Assembly: GCA_041651035.1 (NCBI GenBank) | Contig: JBAZKC010000001.1 | Coordinates: 62,871 to 126,870, forward strand | Origin: Candidatus Omnitrophota bacterium | GTDB lineage: Bacteria; Omnitrophota; Gorgyraeia; Gygaellales; Profunditerraquicolaceae | Direction: 5' to 3' | DNA: 64,000 nt | Shown: positions 8,297 through 17,140 of the stretch, piece by piece | Numbering within the stretch: position 1 is the first letter of the stretch | Layout of the letters: each line of letters opens with the position of its first letter | Made by a program: the position numbers and the translations under genes | Notes under the pieces: model-generated | What the model saw: only the letters and a program-made list of their open reading frames with translations | What the model was told of the DNA's origin: nothing | The model's database searches: none

Positions 8297-9068
8297 TTTT
8301 ACCGGCTTTTGAAGATTTTAGATTCGGCAAAAGAGAAACATTCCATAAGCTGGGGCCGAATGTTTTTACTAACTTTTCGTTTGAAAGGACTGCTTCGGGA
8401 TTCCCTTCTGCGATTACAGAACGGTCAAGAAGTATAAGCCGGTCAACGTAAGAAGATACCCCCGCTAAATCATGCGTAACCAATATCACCGCAATATCAT
8501 GTTTATTCCTTAGATCGTCTACAAGCTGATAAAAAAGAGAAAGCCCTTTAACATCTACTCCGCTGCCCGGTTCATCCAAAAGCAATAACGCGGGTCCCGG
8601 GGTCATGGCAATAGCAAGCAGTACGCGCTGCAATTCCCCTCCCGAGAGTTCTCCGATCCTTCTTTTAAGCAAATGTTCCGCCGCGAACAAAGATAAAATA
8701 CTCTTCACTCTTTCTAATAGATCCCTGTTAATTCCCATCCATACAGGATAAAAACTTATTGCCGAAACCACGAGGTCTGCTACGCTTATGGGAGAGCTAA
8801 AGTCAAATTGCAGTTTTTGGGGGACATAACCGATCTTAGGCTTTTTAGAGACGCTGCCGCTTATTTGAAATGCTATTCTGCCTTGATAAGGGACCTCTCC
8901 GAGGATCGTGCGTAATAAAGTGGTCTTACCGGCACCGTTCGGCCCCACTATCCCGACTACTTCCCCGCAATTCACATGCACATTGACATTATCGAGTATA
9001 GTATTTCCGCCTAATTTTACTTTCAAATTATCAATCTTCGTGCAGCAGTGCTTACAGGTATTACGCAA
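8283..9068 (-). CDS. znuC: Metal ABC transporter ATP-binding protein (ZnuC-like)
   Basis: Walker A GPNGAGKTT, ABC signature LSGGELQRV and Walker B LLLLDEP. Confidence 0.85.
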   Translation of the reverse strand: MRNTCKHCCTKIDNLKVKLGGNTILDNVNVHVNCGEVVGIVGPNGAGKTTLLRTILGEVPYQGRIAFQISGSVSKKPKIGYVPQKLQFDFSSPISVADLVVSAISFYPVWMGINRDLLERVKSILSLFAAEHLLKRRIGELSGGELQRVLLAIAMTPGPALLLLDEPGSGVDVKGLSLFYQLVDDLRNKHDIAVILVTHDLAGVSSYVDRLILLDRSVIAEGNPEAVLSNEKLVKTFGPSLWNVSLLPNLKSSKAGKNDHD

Positions 9069-9999
9069 AATAACTCTCCCTGCCTGCCGGCAGGCAGGCT
9101 TTTAAATCATTTTCAAATGCCTTCTTTAAAACAACCAGATTGTTTTCCATTATATTGATATACGCCTCACAATCATCCGGCCCGGTTACAGCGGGGTCAA
9201 GCACATATATTTTAGCGCCAGTTTCTTTGGCAATAGCACGGGCCGCTCCAGACGGATATTGCGGTTCGCTGAATAACGCCGGGATCTCGTTTTTCTTTAT
9301 AAGATCTATGGTTTCCGCGAGTTCTTTCGCGCTGGGCTCGCTTCCCGGTTCTCTTTCTACTACAGCCACAATATTCAGCCCGAATTCCCGGGCAAAATAA
9401 GGAAATGCCTCATGAAAAGTAATAACCGGCTTGCCTTTATACGGAGCCAGCTCCAAATGCATCTTCTGCCGCAATGCTTCAAGCTTTGCTATATAGATAC
9501 TGGTATTCTTTTCGTAGAGTTCTTTATGGTCAGGATCAAATCCTGCCATAGCCTTGCCAAAGTTTCCTGCCTGTATTATCGCGTTAGACACACTAACCCA
9601 CACATGTGGATTGCCGCCTTCATTCCCCTTACCTTTGATTAAAGGTATGCCTTCTGACAGCTGAATTACCTTTAAATCCGGATACTGCGCTATAACTTTT
9701 TCTAGAAAAGATTCCATCCCCGCTCCGTTAGCCGCAAAAATCCGCGCGTCAGCAAGTTTTTTCATGTCGTTGGCAGTGAGTGTATAATCATGCAAACAAC
9801 CGGTAAACGGCGGGGTAAGATTCTGGACCAATACCCCAGGCACATCTTTCGTAATATTCCTGGCTGTTATATACACCGGATAGAATGAACTGACGATTTT
9901 TATCCTGTCTGCCTCAGTCGCTTTCACGCTATTGATGCTGTATGGGCCAATCAGCAAAAATAATACTATTAAGAAAACCCTCAAGGAACCCTTACGCAT
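9061..9999 (-). CDS. znuA: Metal ABC transporter substrate-binding protein (ZnuA/TroA family)
   Basis: 312 aa with a signal peptide and His-rich metal site (CLHDYT, NPHVWVS). Confidence 0.75.
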   Translation of the reverse strand: MRKGSLRVFLIVLFLLIGPYSINSVKATEADRIKIVSSFYPVYITARNITKDVPGVLVQNLTPPFTGCLHDYTLTANDMKKLADARIFAANGAGMESFLEKVIAQYPDLKVIQLSEGIPLIKGKGNEGGNPHVWVSVSNAIIQAGNFGKAMAGFDPDHKELYEKNTSIYIAKLEALRQKMHLELAPYKGKPVITFHEAFPYFAREFGLNIVAVVEREPGSEPSAKELAETIDLIKKNEIPALFSEPQYPSGAARAIAKETGAKIYVLDPAVTGPDDCEAYINIMENNLVVLKKAFENDLKACLPAGRESYFA

Positions 10000-10019
10000 G
10001 GTTTTTGCCTATCGTGTAT

Positions 10020-10442
10020 TTACCTGCATACTGAACATAATCCTTCTATATGCAAGGAGTGCCGCTCAACATGCCCTTTTAATTTCTTTTCTATGAACCT
10101 GGAGATCTCTTGGAAATTACAAAACTTTACCTCTTCAACCTTATTACATTTCCTGCAGATAAAATGATGGTGGTCTTCATGCGGATTCTTACACAAGCTG
10201 TAATAAAGCTGCCGGTTCTTATGCTCAACTTTTACTAAAATCCCCGCTTTTTCCAATTCTTGCAGGATCCTGTAAACAGACGGCAGGCCCGCCTTAAGAG
10301 ATATTTTCTTAAGCATATCCCTTATTTCATAAGGCCCCAGGTACCTGCCCTTGTCCAAGAAAAGCTTTATAACCGCTTTTCTGCGGGGAGTTATCTTAAG
10401 GCGGCTTTCTTTTAATATCGATAGATAGTTATTGATGGGCAT
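10020..10442 (-). CDS. zur: Fur-family transcriptional regulator (probably Zur)
   Basis: 140 aa. HHHFICRKCNKV ... HSLHIEGLCSVCR (two CxxC pairs) and a winged-helix N-terminus. Heads the znuACB genes. Confidence 0.75.
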   Translation of the reverse strand: MPINNYLSILKESRLKITPRRKAVIKLFLDKGRYLGPYEIRDMLKKISLKAGLPSVYRILQELEKAGILVKVEHKNRQLYYSLCKNPHEDHHHFICRKCNKVEEVKFCNFQEISRFIEKKLKGHVERHSLHIEGLCSVCR

Positions 10443-10475
10443 GGTATAAATAGAAATGACTTCTATTTATACCAT
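10441..10475. promoter_or_regulatory. 15-bp perfect inverted repeat ATGGTATAAATAGAA-N5-TTCTATTTATACCAT overlapping the zur start codon (candidate Zur/Fur box)
   Basis: Perfect AT-rich 15/15 palindrome. The left arm includes the ATG of zur. Confidence 0.5.
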
Positions 10476-10514
10476 AAATAGCGGAATTTTGTCAAGAAGA
10501 TTACGGGTAAAAAA

Positions 10515-11183
10515 TCATGCTGACTTTTCAGGATGGTGTTTAACAACCTTGGCATTTACCATATAAATAACGTCTTCTGCGATATTGGTGGCATGATCGC
10601 AGATACGCTCAAGGTGACGGGCGATCAAAAGAAGCGGTACGGCACGCGACGCCGTAGATGGGTCTTTACTCATATAGTCCTGGATCAATTCTTTTTGGAC
10701 TAAATTACGCAGCCTGTCTGCTTCTTTATCAAGCAAAATAACTTTTCCCGCTAAATCAGCGTCCTTATTCACAAAAGAATCTATCGCGCATTTTACCATC
10801 TTTTGAGCAAGATCAGTTAATTTTGGGATATCTACTAACGGCTTAAGCATGGGCTTGCCCGTAAGCTCAAGAACCCGCTGGCCTATATCTACCGCCAAAT
10901 CCGCGATTCTTTCTAAATCCGTGGAAATCTTCATGGACATAGTGATAAAACGCAGGTCGGATGCCAAGGGCTGCCTAAGAGCTAATAAATCAAGGCACTG
11001 CTCGTCAATCGCGTTCTCCAACTCATCGATAGCTTTGTCATCTCTAACTACTTTCGTTGCTCTTTCTAAGTTAAGTTCTTTAAGTGCCTCTACTGACTCA
11101 AAAATCGCTGTTTCAGATAATGTTCCCATCTTAAGCAGCTGCTTCTTTAAATCAGTTAATTCTTGATCTAAATGTCTTTCCAC
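10515..11183 (-). CDS. phoU: Phosphate signaling complex protein PhoU
   Basis: 222 aa with two PhoU repeats (DxxxD motifs: ERIADLAVDIG / ERICDHATNIAEDV). Confidence 0.9.
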   Translation of the reverse strand: MERHLDQELTDLKKQLLKMGTLSETAIFESVEALKELNLERATKVVRDDKAIDELENAIDEQCLDLLALRQPLASDLRFITMSMKISTDLERIADLAVDIGQRVLELTGKPMLKPLVDIPKLTDLAQKMVKCAIDSFVNKDADLAGKVILLDKEADRLRNLVQKELIQDYMSKDPSTASRAVPLLLIARHLERICDHATNIAEDVIYMVNAKVVKHHPEKSA

Positions 11184-11184
11184 T

Positions 11185-11583
11185 TTAGGCCTCTTCCTTT
11201 ATAAAACTGGTTACTTTGTTTTTTATCTCGTCCCTGACCCTTCTGAAGAAATCTATATTTTTACCCTTAGGGTCTTCTATATTCCACTGGATATGTTTAT
11301 CCGCGGGCGCAAAAGGGCATATATCCTCACACCCCAGGGTAATTACATAATCAAATTTATTGATGGGGAGCTCGCTGAATCCTTTTGATTTCTGCCCAGA
11401 GATATCAATGCCAATTTCACGCATAACTTCTATCGCGCCCGGATCTACTTCTTGCGAAGGCTTTGAGCCGGCACTATAAGCCTCTAACACATCCGTGCCT
11501 ATATATTTTGCGAAACCCTCCGCGATCTGGCTTCGGCAGCTATTTTCAATACAAACAAAAAGGACTTTTTTCTTCTTTATCAT
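11185..11583 (-). CDS. arsC: Arsenate reductase ArsC (thioredoxin-coupled, LMW-PTP family)
   Basis: 132 aa. P-loop CIENSCRS (CX5R) and downstream TLGCEDIC Cys pair. Close pattern match to B. subtilis ArsC. Confidence 0.75.
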   Translation of the reverse strand: MIKKKKVLFVCIENSCRSQIAEGFAKYIGTDVLEAYSAGSKPSQEVDPGAIEVMREIGIDISGQKSKGFSELPINKFDYVITLGCEDICPFAPADKHIQWNIEDPKGKNIDFFRRVRDEIKNKVTSFIKEEA

Positions 11584-12344
11584 TATCCGAACCTCCCGGT
11601 AATATAAGCCTCGGTCTTTGGATCACTGGGCTTAGTAAATATATCCTGCGTCTTGCCAAATTCAATAAGCTCCCCCATCAAAAAGAATGCCGTATGATCT
11701 GAAACCCTGGCTGCCTGCTGCATATTATGCGTAACGATTACAATTGTGTATTCTCTCTTCAGCTCCGCGATAAGCTCTTCTATTTTAGCGGTAGATATGG
11801 GGTCAAGGCTCGCGCAGGGCTCATCAAACAAAATCACCTTAGATTCAATCGCCAGACTCCTGGCAATGCATAATCTCTGCTGTTGGCCGCCGGAAAGCTT
11901 TAAGGCGCTGTCGCCAAGCCTGTCCTTTACTTCCGGCCATAGTGCGGCTTTCTTCAATGACCACTCTACTTTTTCTTCAATAAATGGCCTGTCCTTGATC
12001 CCGTTTACCTTAAGGCCGTAGCTGATATTATCAAAAATGCTCTTGGGAAAAGGATTGGGCTTCTGAAAAACCATCCCCACCTGCCTTCTAATTTCAACGG
12101 CATCAACAGAAGGATCAAGAATATCCCTGCCGTCTAAATATATCTTACCACTAAGCGTAGTGTTAGGCACTAACTCATTCATGCGGTTTAATAGCCTTAT
12201 GAACGTGGATTTGCCGCATCCTGACGGCCCAATGATCGCCGTAACCTGATTCTTATAGACGTCCAGGTTTATATTTTTTAATGCCTGGGCCTTGCCGTAA
12301 AAGAAATCTACACTTTCTGACTTGATCTTTATCTCGCTATCCAT
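11583..12344 (-). CDS. pstB: Phosphate ABC transporter ATP-binding protein PstB
   Basis: 253 aa. [28 protein letters not shown]. Confidence 0.9.
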   Translation of the reverse strand: MDSEIKIKSESVDFFYGKAQALKNINLDVYKNQVTAIIGPSGCGKSTFIRLLNRMNELVPNTTLSGKIYLDGRDILDPSVDAVEIRRQVGMVFQKPNPFPKSIFDNISYGLKVNGIKDRPFIEEKVEWSLKKAALWPEVKDRLGDSALKLSGGQQQRLCIARSLAIESKVILFDEPCASLDPISTAKIEELIAELKREYTIVIVTHNMQQAARVSDHTAFFLMGELIEFGKTQDIFTKPSDPKTEAYITGRFG

Positions 12345-13185
12345 GAGTTCCTCTCTGTCTTTGCCGGATAAAAATAGCTATTCCTGAAATGATTAAAACC
12401 ATAGCTAAAAGAATGAGGCTTGAGCCATAAGCAATCGCCTTCTGCTTTGCCGGATGGGCTCCTTCAGTCATAAGGGCGTATATATGATAAGGCAATGCCA
12501 TAACTTCACTGAAAATGCTGTTTGGGTAACCACGTTTATAAAAGGCGGCGGCGGTAAAAAGGATCGGAGCGGTTTCCCCGGCTACCCTGCCGATACTTAA
12601 TATAACCCCGGTAAGTATGCCGGGTAAGGCTGTCGGTAAAACAATTCTCTTTATCGTCTGCCATTTGCTCGCCCCTAAGGAAAAAGAGGCTTCGCGTATT
12701 GAATGTGGAACGGCTATAAGGGCTTCCTGTGAAGCCGAGATAACCAGAGGAAGTGCTAAGATCCCCAGAGTAAGGCTGCCTGAAAGTATGGAAACTCCGA
12801 AACCGAAGAATTTGACAAACACCGCCAAACCAAAAAGGCCGAAAACAACCGAAGGAACTCCGGCAAGATTATTGATGCTGATACGGATAATATTGACCGC
12901 GATAGTTTTAGGAGAATATTCGCACAGGTATATAGCGCAGGCAAGGCCTAAGGGCACCGCAAAAAGCATTGAACCTAAGATTAAATAAAATGTGCCTACG
13001 ATGACCGGGGCGATCCCTCCTTCTGTCATGGCATTACGCGGCGCCTGGGTAAGGAAATCCCAGGAAATTACCTGTATCCCCCTGGTAAATATAAAATAAA
13101 TAATTATTCCCAGGAAGAAAAGAGTAATAAACATGCAAAGGAACAGAAAAAAGAACCCTGTATTCTGGATAATCTTTGCTTTCAT
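12337..13185 (-). CDS. pstA: Phosphate ABC transporter permease PstA
   Basis: 282 aa permease with an EAA-like loop. Confidence 0.85.
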   Translation of the reverse strand: MKAKIIQNTGFFFLFLCMFITLFFLGIIIYFIFTRGIQVISWDFLTQAPRNAMTEGGIAPVIVGTFYLILGSMLFAVPLGLACAIYLCEYSPKTIAVNIIRISINNLAGVPSVVFGLFGLAVFVKFFGFGVSILSGSLTLGILALPLVISASQEALIAVPHSIREASFSLGASKWQTIKRIVLPTALPGILTGVILSIGRVAGETAPILFTAAAFYKRGYPNSIFSEVMALPYHIYALMTEGAHPAKQKAIAYGSSLILLAMVLIISGIAIFIRQRQRGTHG

Positions 13186-14066
13186 CCGCTTAGCCCCAGC
13201 TTTATCCGGAACTTGCTCGATACAATTTCAGCAATAATATTAAAAACAAACGTAATCAGAAATAGAATAAGCGCGATAGCAAACAAGGCGTGATAATGCA
13301 AGCCTCCCATGGGCGCTTCTCCCATTTCCGCCGCAATTGCCGCTGTCATCGGACGTACCGGCTCTAAGAATGAGTGCGGTATTACTGCCGCGCCTCCGGC
13401 AACCATTAAGACAGTCATAGTTTCCCCTATCGCCCGGCTCATTCCTAAAATTACAGCCGTGGAAATCCCGGAGCCTGCCGCCGGTATTACCACTTGAGTC
13501 AAAGTCTGCCACCTGTTTGCTCCCACGGCAAAAGAGGCCTCCCGGAAAGAGCGCGGTACATAACTTAAAGCATCTTCGGCAATACTACAAACAGTAGGGG
13601 TCGCCATTATACCGAGTATCAGGCTTGCGTTTAAAGCGGTCATCCCGGTAGGAAGATTTAATATCTTCTGAATAAAAGGGGTAACTATAACCATACCGAA
13701 AAACCCGTAGACAACCGAGGGGATACTGGCCAGAAGCTCAATAAGCGGCTTTAAAAATTGCCTTTGCCGGAAACCTGCCAGTTCATTCAAATAAAGCGCG
13801 CTGCCTACGCCTAAAGGCACACAAACAAATATTGACCCTACAGTCACCCAGGCCGAAGCTAAAATCAAAGGAAGTATACCAAATTCCGGGGGGCTATAAG
13901 TGGGATACCATAACTTGCCAAAGAGAAAATCCTTAACGCTTATTTTTGAGAATATGGGCAGGCTCTCTTTAAAAAGGACAAAAACTATGCCCACCAAGAA
14001 TACCAATGAAGAAAAAGCAAGCATAGTAAATATCCATCTGTATAATTTTTCTTTTATACGGGGCAT
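13182..14066 (-). CDS. pstC: Phosphate ABC transporter permease PstC
   Basis: 294 aa permease. Order is pstS-pstC-pstA-pstB. Confidence 0.85.
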   Translation of the reverse strand: MPRIKEKLYRWIFTMLAFSSLVFLVGIVFVLFKESLPIFSKISVKDFLFGKLWYPTYSPPEFGILPLILASAWVTVGSIFVCVPLGVGSALYLNELAGFRQRQFLKPLIELLASIPSVVYGFFGMVIVTPFIQKILNLPTGMTALNASLILGIMATPTVCSIAEDALSYVPRSFREASFAVGANRWQTLTQVVIPAAGSGISTAVILGMSRAIGETMTVLMVAGGAAVIPHSFLEPVRPMTAAIAAEMGEAPMGGLHYHALFAIALILFLITFVFNIIAEIVSSKFRIKLGLSG

Positions 14067-14088
14067 AGCATCCTTTCTTAAAGGAGGT

Positions 14089-14113
14089 GCGGCAGGCTTA
14101 TTAAGCCTGCCGC
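14089..14113 (-). promoter_or_regulatory. Intercistronic stem-loop between pstS and pstC (GCGGCAGGCTT-ATT-AAGCCTGCCGC)
   Basis: Perfect 11-bp stem with a 3-nt loop and no trailing U-run. Its position resembles the processing/stability hairpins known in pst operons. Confidence 0.4.
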
Positions 14114-14138
14114 GTTGTCAGGTAATGAGTAAACGTTT

Positions 14139-15023
14139 TTATTTTAACCCGACATAACCTTGAGTCTCTACTAACTCCTGGCCTTTCTTACTTTTTACAA
14201 AATCAAGGTACTCTTTTGTAATCCCTTGGGGCTTGCCATTGGAATACATAAAGAGCGGACGAGTTACAGGATATTCCCCTGAAAGAACCGTATCCCTTGA
14301 AGGCATAACCCCGTCAATTTCAATAGGCTTAAGCTCTCCTGACATAAAACCTAACCCCACATAACCAATTGCCTGCGGAGTCTGGGCTATGATTTGGGCA
14401 ACAGCCTGATTTGAAGCTTGCATCAAAGCTCCAGGCATAACTTTTTCCCCCTTCATAACCAATTCCCCAAAAGCCTCAAAAGTTCCGCTGGAAGTATCGC
14501 GGGAAACAACCACTATCTTGCCGGGGCTACCCCCTAATTGAGACCAATCAGAGATTTTCCCGGTAAAAATATCCCGGGCCTGCTTCTTAGAAAGCTTGAA
14601 TATTGAATTGGACTTATTTACCACTACCGCAATACCGTCCATAGCCACGATATGGGCAACAGGATCCCTTCCGTTTACGGCTGCCTTTTGTATTTCCGTA
14701 TCTTTTATCGGCCGGGACGCGTCGGCTATATCGCAAGTCCCGTCAATAAGGGCGGCAATGCCTACGCTTGAGCCGCCTCCGCGCACGGATATATCCGCGC
14801 TCGGATTATTATCCATAAAGACCTCGGCGGTCTTCTGGGCTATAGGAAGCACGGTCGTAGAACCAGCCAAAACAACCTTTTCCGCATAACATGGAATAGC
14901 TAGGCCTAAACCTAATATTCCTATCAGCGCCAACATTCCCAATCTTTTCATTTTATCTCTCCTTATTATTTTATTACTACGCCAATATTCAAGCCCCGCC
15001 CGGAAAACGCCGGGCGAGGCCAT
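14139..15023 (-). CDS. pstS: Phosphate ABC transporter substrate-binding protein PstS
   Basis: 294 aa. Signal peptide and a PBP fold with STTV, SRDTSSGT and GSGAG-like phosphate-binding segments. Confidence 0.85.
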   Translation of the reverse strand: MASPGVFRAGLEYWRSNKIIRRDKMKRLGMLALIGILGLGLAIPCYAEKVVLAGSTTVLPIAQKTAEVFMDNNPSADISVRGGGSSVGIAALIDGTCDIADASRPIKDTEIQKAAVNGRDPVAHIVAMDGIAVVVNKSNSIFKLSKKQARDIFTGKISDWSQLGGSPGKIVVVSRDTSSGTFEAFGELVMKGEKVMPGALMQASNQAVAQIIAQTPQAIGYVGLGFMSGELKPIEIDGVMPSRDTVLSGEYPVTRPLFMYSNGKPQGITKEYLDFVKSKKGQELVETQGYVGLK

Positions 15024-15036
15024 TATTAATTAATGG

Positions 15037-16323
15037 TCAAAACTTCATATTCCAGTCAACCTGCACCAAAGTCTCCGGGGCCTTTGCCGATGTTCCCAGG
15101 ATATTCCATGAACGGTATACATCCACACCAAAAGACGTATTCTTGGCTAAGCCGAAGGTTAAAGCGCCTTCATGGCTTCTCATGCCTGTTTTACCGCCGT
15201 AACGGTCAGAATCAGGCAATACATCCGGCACAGAATCCTTCTCAAGCATAGCGTAGATATACCTGAATTGCCAATCTCCCCATTTCTCAACTTTATCATG
15301 CCCAAATTGGAATCCCAGAGAAAAACCTGTATTATCATTCTCGGCAGCGAGGTTATTCACATATTCGCCGAAGAACTTTAACTTTTCAACATTCAATCCG
15401 GCTGCCTTAAAAGGCTCCTTTATGCTGAATTCCAAAGCAGGGCTGATCATCTGAAAATTATACGTCCAATTTGCTCCGGATTTGCTGTTAGTATTGCTTT
15501 TATACCAGGCCGCATTCGGATAAGCGTTATTTTTGGTGTTAAATGAATAGAAGGTAAAGGCCCCCTTTACCCCAAGATCATCATTAATCTTATAAGTGAC
15601 GCCTGGCTGGGCCATATAACCCATAATGGGATTGTTGGAGACGTTATCATCGTCCTCTTCAATTAAGGCGCCTGTGTTCATGAAGAATTGCGTGTCAGGC
15701 CCAATGGCCTTATTTATCTTTACCACGCCGCCTTCCGGAGTTATATCAGTATCCCAGATCAAATCAGTCGGCTCCCAAAGCGCGTCGTTTAAAAGCATTT
15801 TACCGCCGACAAATTCCAACGAAGGCAATGGCGTGTATTTGGCATAGGCGTAATCAAGCCTGATCCCCATTTTAGACGACATCCCGCTGTCTTCTTTACC
15901 AAAAGTGACATTGGTGGAACGCGGATCTCCGTTGCTGCTTGTCGCTATCCCGATGCCTGCTAAAAGCTTTTCATTTATCTTGCTTTCCAGGCCAAGGCGC
16001 GCGCGGACGCGGCCGACTTGCGTATCTTTGGCGTAATCATTACTCGCGTTTTCATGCTGGTATTGATACCTTAGACGCAGGTCTCCTTTGAGCTTGATAT
16101 TCTGAACCCAGGCCGGTAAAGAGGCGGATTTACCCGTAGCAACCTCTTTTTTCACCTGCTCCTGTGTTTCAATCTTCACCTGCTGTGCTTCCGCGCCGGT
16201 TAATACTCCTTTTTCCACTAATTTCTGAAGTAATATATCAACCTCTCCAGCATACAATAGAGCTGTCCCTGAACATGCTGCCATAAAACCCAACAGCACA
16301 GTTACGGCTAAACACTTTTTCAT
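15037..16323 (-). CDS. Outer-membrane porin, phosphate-selective (OprO/OprP-like)
   Basis: 428 aa. Signal peptide, an N-terminal coiled-coil-like segment, beta-barrel pattern, and C-terminal ...VDWNMKF. Immediately upstream of pstS. Confidence 0.55.
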   Translation of the reverse strand: MKKCLAVTVLLGFMAACSGTALLYAGEVDILLQKLVEKGVLTGAEAQQVKIETQEQVKKEVATGKSASLPAWVQNIKLKGDLRLRYQYQHENASNDYAKDTQVGRVRARLGLESKINEKLLAGIGIATSSNGDPRSTNVTFGKEDSGMSSKMGIRLDYAYAKYTPLPSLEFVGGKMLLNDALWEPTDLIWDTDITPEGGVVKINKAIGPDTQFFMNTGALIEEDDDNVSNNPIMGYMAQPGVTYKINDDLGVKGAFTFYSFNTKNNAYPNAAWYKSNTNSKSGANWTYNFQMISPALEFSIKEPFKAAGLNVEKLKFFGEYVNNLAAENDNTGFSLGFQFGHDKVEKWGDWQFRYIYAMLEKDSVPDVLPDSDRYGGKTGMRSHEGALTFGLAKNTSFGVDVYRSWNILGTSAKAPETLVQVDWNMKF

Positions 16324-16409
16324 TCCCTACCTCCTTCTTTGTTATAGTTACGAATCATCTCTACCTTATTAATTACTGGCTGCGCTTTATTAATTTTTAC
16401 CCCCCTTTC

Positions 16410-16862
16410 TTAAATAGGCCTGCGTATGCCCCCTCCTCCGGGGGTTTGCACAATATAATCCTTATCCCGTATCACGGCTAATTCCTTAATGGTCTCCATT
16501 AAACCCCTCACGTTAAAAGGTTTGGTAATATACTGATCCGCCCCTACGAGATTGCCGTAGATTTTATCCTGGGACTCGGCCTTGGCAGTTAGGATGACCA
16601 CAAACGTCTTAAAAGCAGCCCGATTTTCCTTAATGGATTTACAAATATGGAATCCGTCAACGCCCGGGAGCATAATATCAAGGACCACTATATCGAAAAC
16701 CTCCTTGGCGAGCCTATCTTGCGCCGTAAACCCATCATAAACGGATTCCGAACTAAAACCATTCTTAGAAAGGTTGTAGGAAATGAGCCTGTTAATGCTC
16801 TTGTCGTCTTCAACGACCATTATTCTTTTTTGTTTTTTTACTGCTTCCTTATCAGTCATCAT
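16410..16862 (-). CDS. Single-domain response regulator (CheY-like receiver)
   Basis: 150 aa. DD acid pocket, phospho-acceptor D in VLDIMLPGVDG, and K in ITKPF. Confidence 0.7.
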   Translation of the reverse strand: MMTDKEAVKKQKRIMVVEDDKSINRLISYNLSKNGFSSESVYDGFTAQDRLAKEVFDIVVLDIMLPGVDGFHICKSIKENRAAFKTFVVILTAKAESQDKIYGNLVGADQYITKPFNVRGLMETIKELAVIRDKDYIVQTPGGGGIRRPI

Positions 16863-17082
16863 CTGCCTCTAAGCAAACTGTTGGTAAAACTCATCCATGA
16901 CCTTCGACTCATCATTGATAATGGTCTTGATATAACCCGATATCTTCCTTATGAAATTTTTCATAATCTTGTACATAGTTTTTTTCTTCATTTTACTTAC
17001 ATTAGAAGTTTACAAAATTAATGTTACAAGATCATTAAGGTAAGGTGAACTTTCCGTGAACTTTTTATTATTGATTAAAAAC

Positions 17083-17120
17083 AAAAGGACGGCTCTGTTA
17101 AGACAGAACCGTCCTTTTTA
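17083..17120 (-). terminator. Rho-independent terminator downstream of phoR (GGACGGCTCTG-TTAAGA-CAGAACCGTCC + T-run)
   Basis: 10/11-bp stem flanked by A-run and T-run. Same hairpin family as 7407-7438. Confidence 0.55.
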
Positions 17121-17140
17121 TCTTATCCGGTCGGGAATTA

